From the NCBI GenBank assembly GCA_963666425.2, contig OY762825.2:2752001-2816000 (forward strand): 64,000 bases of DNA, read 5' to 3'. The notes under the pieces were generated by a model, which saw only the letters and a list, made by a program, of their open reading frames with translations, was not told the DNA's origin and did not search any database. Made by a program: the position numbers and the translations under genes. This stretch comes from Bacillota bacterium (GTDB lineage Bacteria; Bacillota; JAAYKD01). Positions 62,520 through 64,000 of this stretch are shown in pieces (the first letter of the stretch is position 1; each line of letters starts with the position of its first letter).

Positions 62520-62604
62520 TTCATGCATGCATCGCATGCAAATCATGGCGAAGCCACTTCATGACGCGAAGCGTCAATTAATGCGCGCCTCGCGCGCAAA
62601 TCAT
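62518..62604. repeat. Array of four short perfect hairpins joined by conserved 7-nt linkers (REP-like)
   Basis: AATTCAT-GCATGC.ATC.GCATGC-AAATCAT-GGC.GAA.GCC-ACTTCAT-GACGC.GAA.GCGTC-AATTAAT-GCGCGC.CTC.GCGCGC-AAATCAT. Confidence 0.85.
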
Positions 62605-62669
62605 TATCTTAGTAATTGGGTAACTCCAGCATATGGAGAAGATCTATGTGAAAAGAAGGAGTGTTTTTA

Positions 62670-62966
62670 ATGCAATACTTGGTCACCGGCTATGACTACA
62701 CTGACAAAGATGCTATTAACCGCAGGCTGTCGGTTCGAGAGGCGCATATGGCTGGAGTAGAGGCTGCGGTTGCTACCGGGCAGTTTTTATACGGGTTGGC
62801 ACTTTTGAATGAGGCTGAAAAAATGATTGGTTCGATCCTGGTTGTGAACTATTCCACTCGGGAGGAACTGGATGCTTGGCTTGCCATAGAGCCTTATGTG
62901 ACGGGTAAGGTGTGGGAGCGTATCGAAGTGGTTCCATGCCGTGTGGCCCCGATTTTCATGAAGTGA
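62670..62966 (+). CDS. YciI-family protein
   Basis: YDYTD...RRLSVREAH...MIGS...EPYVTGKVW; AAGGAG RBS. Confidence 0.88.
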   Translation: MQYLVTGYDYTDKDAINRRLSVREAHMAGVEAAVATGQFLYGLALLNEAEKMIGSILVVNYSTREELDAWLAIEPYVTGKVWERIEVVPCRVAPIFMK

Positions 62967-63079
62967 TTCAAATGCATCCCCTCTTGAAAAAATAAATAAT
63001 TCAAGCATGATTATATCATTTTTGTCTACTATAGCCATGTGGTGTGTATGTTTATTCAACAGAAAAGAAGGGTAAATAG

Positions 63080-63433
63080 ATGTTATTCATGATGATTGTA
63101 AAAGCATCTACTAATTCAGAGGGCATTAACCTCCCTCAGCGGAAACTTGAAGCCATGATGGATCAATATAATCAAGATTTAGTGAATGCAGGTATTCGAG
63201 TAATGGCGAAAGGACTTCATCCCAGTTCTGAAGGAATTCGTTTTTCTCATGTTAAATCGGGTGAAGAGCCAATCGTAAGCTATGGTCCGTTTGAACCGAC
63301 GAAAGATGTTGTGGCAGGTTTCTTCTTGATTGATGTTAAAACGAAAGAAGAAGCTATTGAATGGGCTCGAAAAGTTCCGGACCCCATGGGTAATGGTGAA
63401 GGGCAAATCGAATTAAGACAAGTGTGGGAATAG
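63080..63433 (+). CDS. YciI-related (DGPF-type) protein
   Basis: FMMIVKA, GLHPSS, YGPF, VAGFFLIDVKTKEEAIEWA, IELRQV. Confidence 0.88.
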   Translation: MLFMMIVKASTNSEGINLPQRKLEAMMDQYNQDLVNAGIRVMAKGLHPSSEGIRFSHVKSGEEPIVSYGPFEPTKDVVAGFFLIDVKTKEEAIEWARKVPDPMGNGEGQIELRQVWE

Positions 63434-63527
63434 ATAGAAATTGACAATAGTATTCGCCTTAAAATGCGGGTTTACAATAACAGAATAAATTTACGAAATT
63501 TCAAAACTTAAAAATACAAGGAGAAAA

Positions 63528-64000
63528 ATGCAATTTAAAGAACTAAACATTATTCCATCAATCCTCAAGGCTCTGGAAAACGAAAACTACATAATGCCTA
63601 CGCCAATACAAGAACAGGCAATCACACCCATTCTGAATGGCAGAGATCTGCTCGGATGTGCACAAACAGGCACAGGGAAAACAGCAGCATTTGCTGTTCC
63701 TATCTTGCAGCTTCTGAGCGCTAAGACTGAAATAAAAACTACCTCTCGGAAAATTCGAGCTTTAATCTTGACTCCGACAAGAGAGCTTGCTCTTCAGATA
63801 TTTGAAAGCTTTCGCACCTACGGACAATATACAGGCTTGCGCTACGGTGTCTTATTTGGCGGCGTTTCTCAAAAACCGCAAGAACATATGCTGCAAAATG
63901 GAGTTGATATCTTGGTGGCAACTCCCGGCAGACTTGACGATTTGTTTAATCAGAGATTGGTTGATTTAAGATCTGTCAGCATCTTCGTGCTGGATGAAGC
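63528..64000 (+). CDS. DEAD-box RNA helicase, RhlE-like (5' part; truncated by window edge)
   Basis: Not in the ORF track. Manual translation after the AAGGAG RBS gives MQFKELNI...PTPIQEQAI...AQTGTGKT...LTPTRELA...FGG...ATPGRL...VLDEA. Confidence 0.93.
   Translation, partial: MQFKELNIIPSILKALENENYIMPTPIQEQAITPILNGRDLLGCAQTGTGKTAAFAVPILQLLSAKTEIKTTSRKIRALILTPTRELALQIFESFRTYGQYTGLRYGVLFGGVSQKPQEHMLQNGVDILVATPGRLDDLFNQRLVDLRSVSIFVLDE

Noticed and set aside
62518-62604. CRISPR mini-array
   Set aside because: The constant part is only 7 nt, the variable parts are 9-15 nt self-complementary hairpins, and no cas genes are present.

Overview
Mostly core chromosome of an anaerobic Bacillota (Firmicutes) bacterium; a Clostridia/Negativicutes-like lineage is inferred from gene content. 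The window holds about 52 protein genes, mostly on the + strand after 17 kb, and 12 tRNA genes. Left part: the edge of a selenium/sulfur-associated cluster (cysteine desulfurase, LysR, DUF3343), polA, an archaeal-type non-discriminating aspS, several hydrolases and oxidoreductases, and a GlnK/GlnL-type two-component pair split by ymfI. Middle: topB, orphan oppDF, a D-Ala-D-Ala carboxypeptidase, murT-gatD, an 8-gene tRNA operon, catalase, corA, and a GrpB / serine hydrolase-GNAT / GNAT cassette. Right part: a long housekeeping run (rpmB, fakA, recG, rsmD, ylbL, tmcAL, yceD, rpmF, plsX, acpP, rnc, smc, ftsY, lysA, scpAB, tmk, typA, pcrA, ligA, murB, rlmD), then an AT-richer islet starting at the rlmD stop codon. 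No CRISPR array, rRNA, integrase or transposase was seen. The three most unusual observations: (1) five of the 12 tRNA genes encode C at the near-invariant U55 (T-loop TCCGA), a candidate for C-to-U/pseudouridine editing; (2) an 87-bp array of four sequence-diverse perfect hairpins joined by conserved 7-nt linkers at the rlmD 3' end; (3) a folate-binding-fold pseudoenzyme coupled to a sensor kinase behind a creatininase gene. All calls come from reading the sequence and recalling family motifs; no searches were run.
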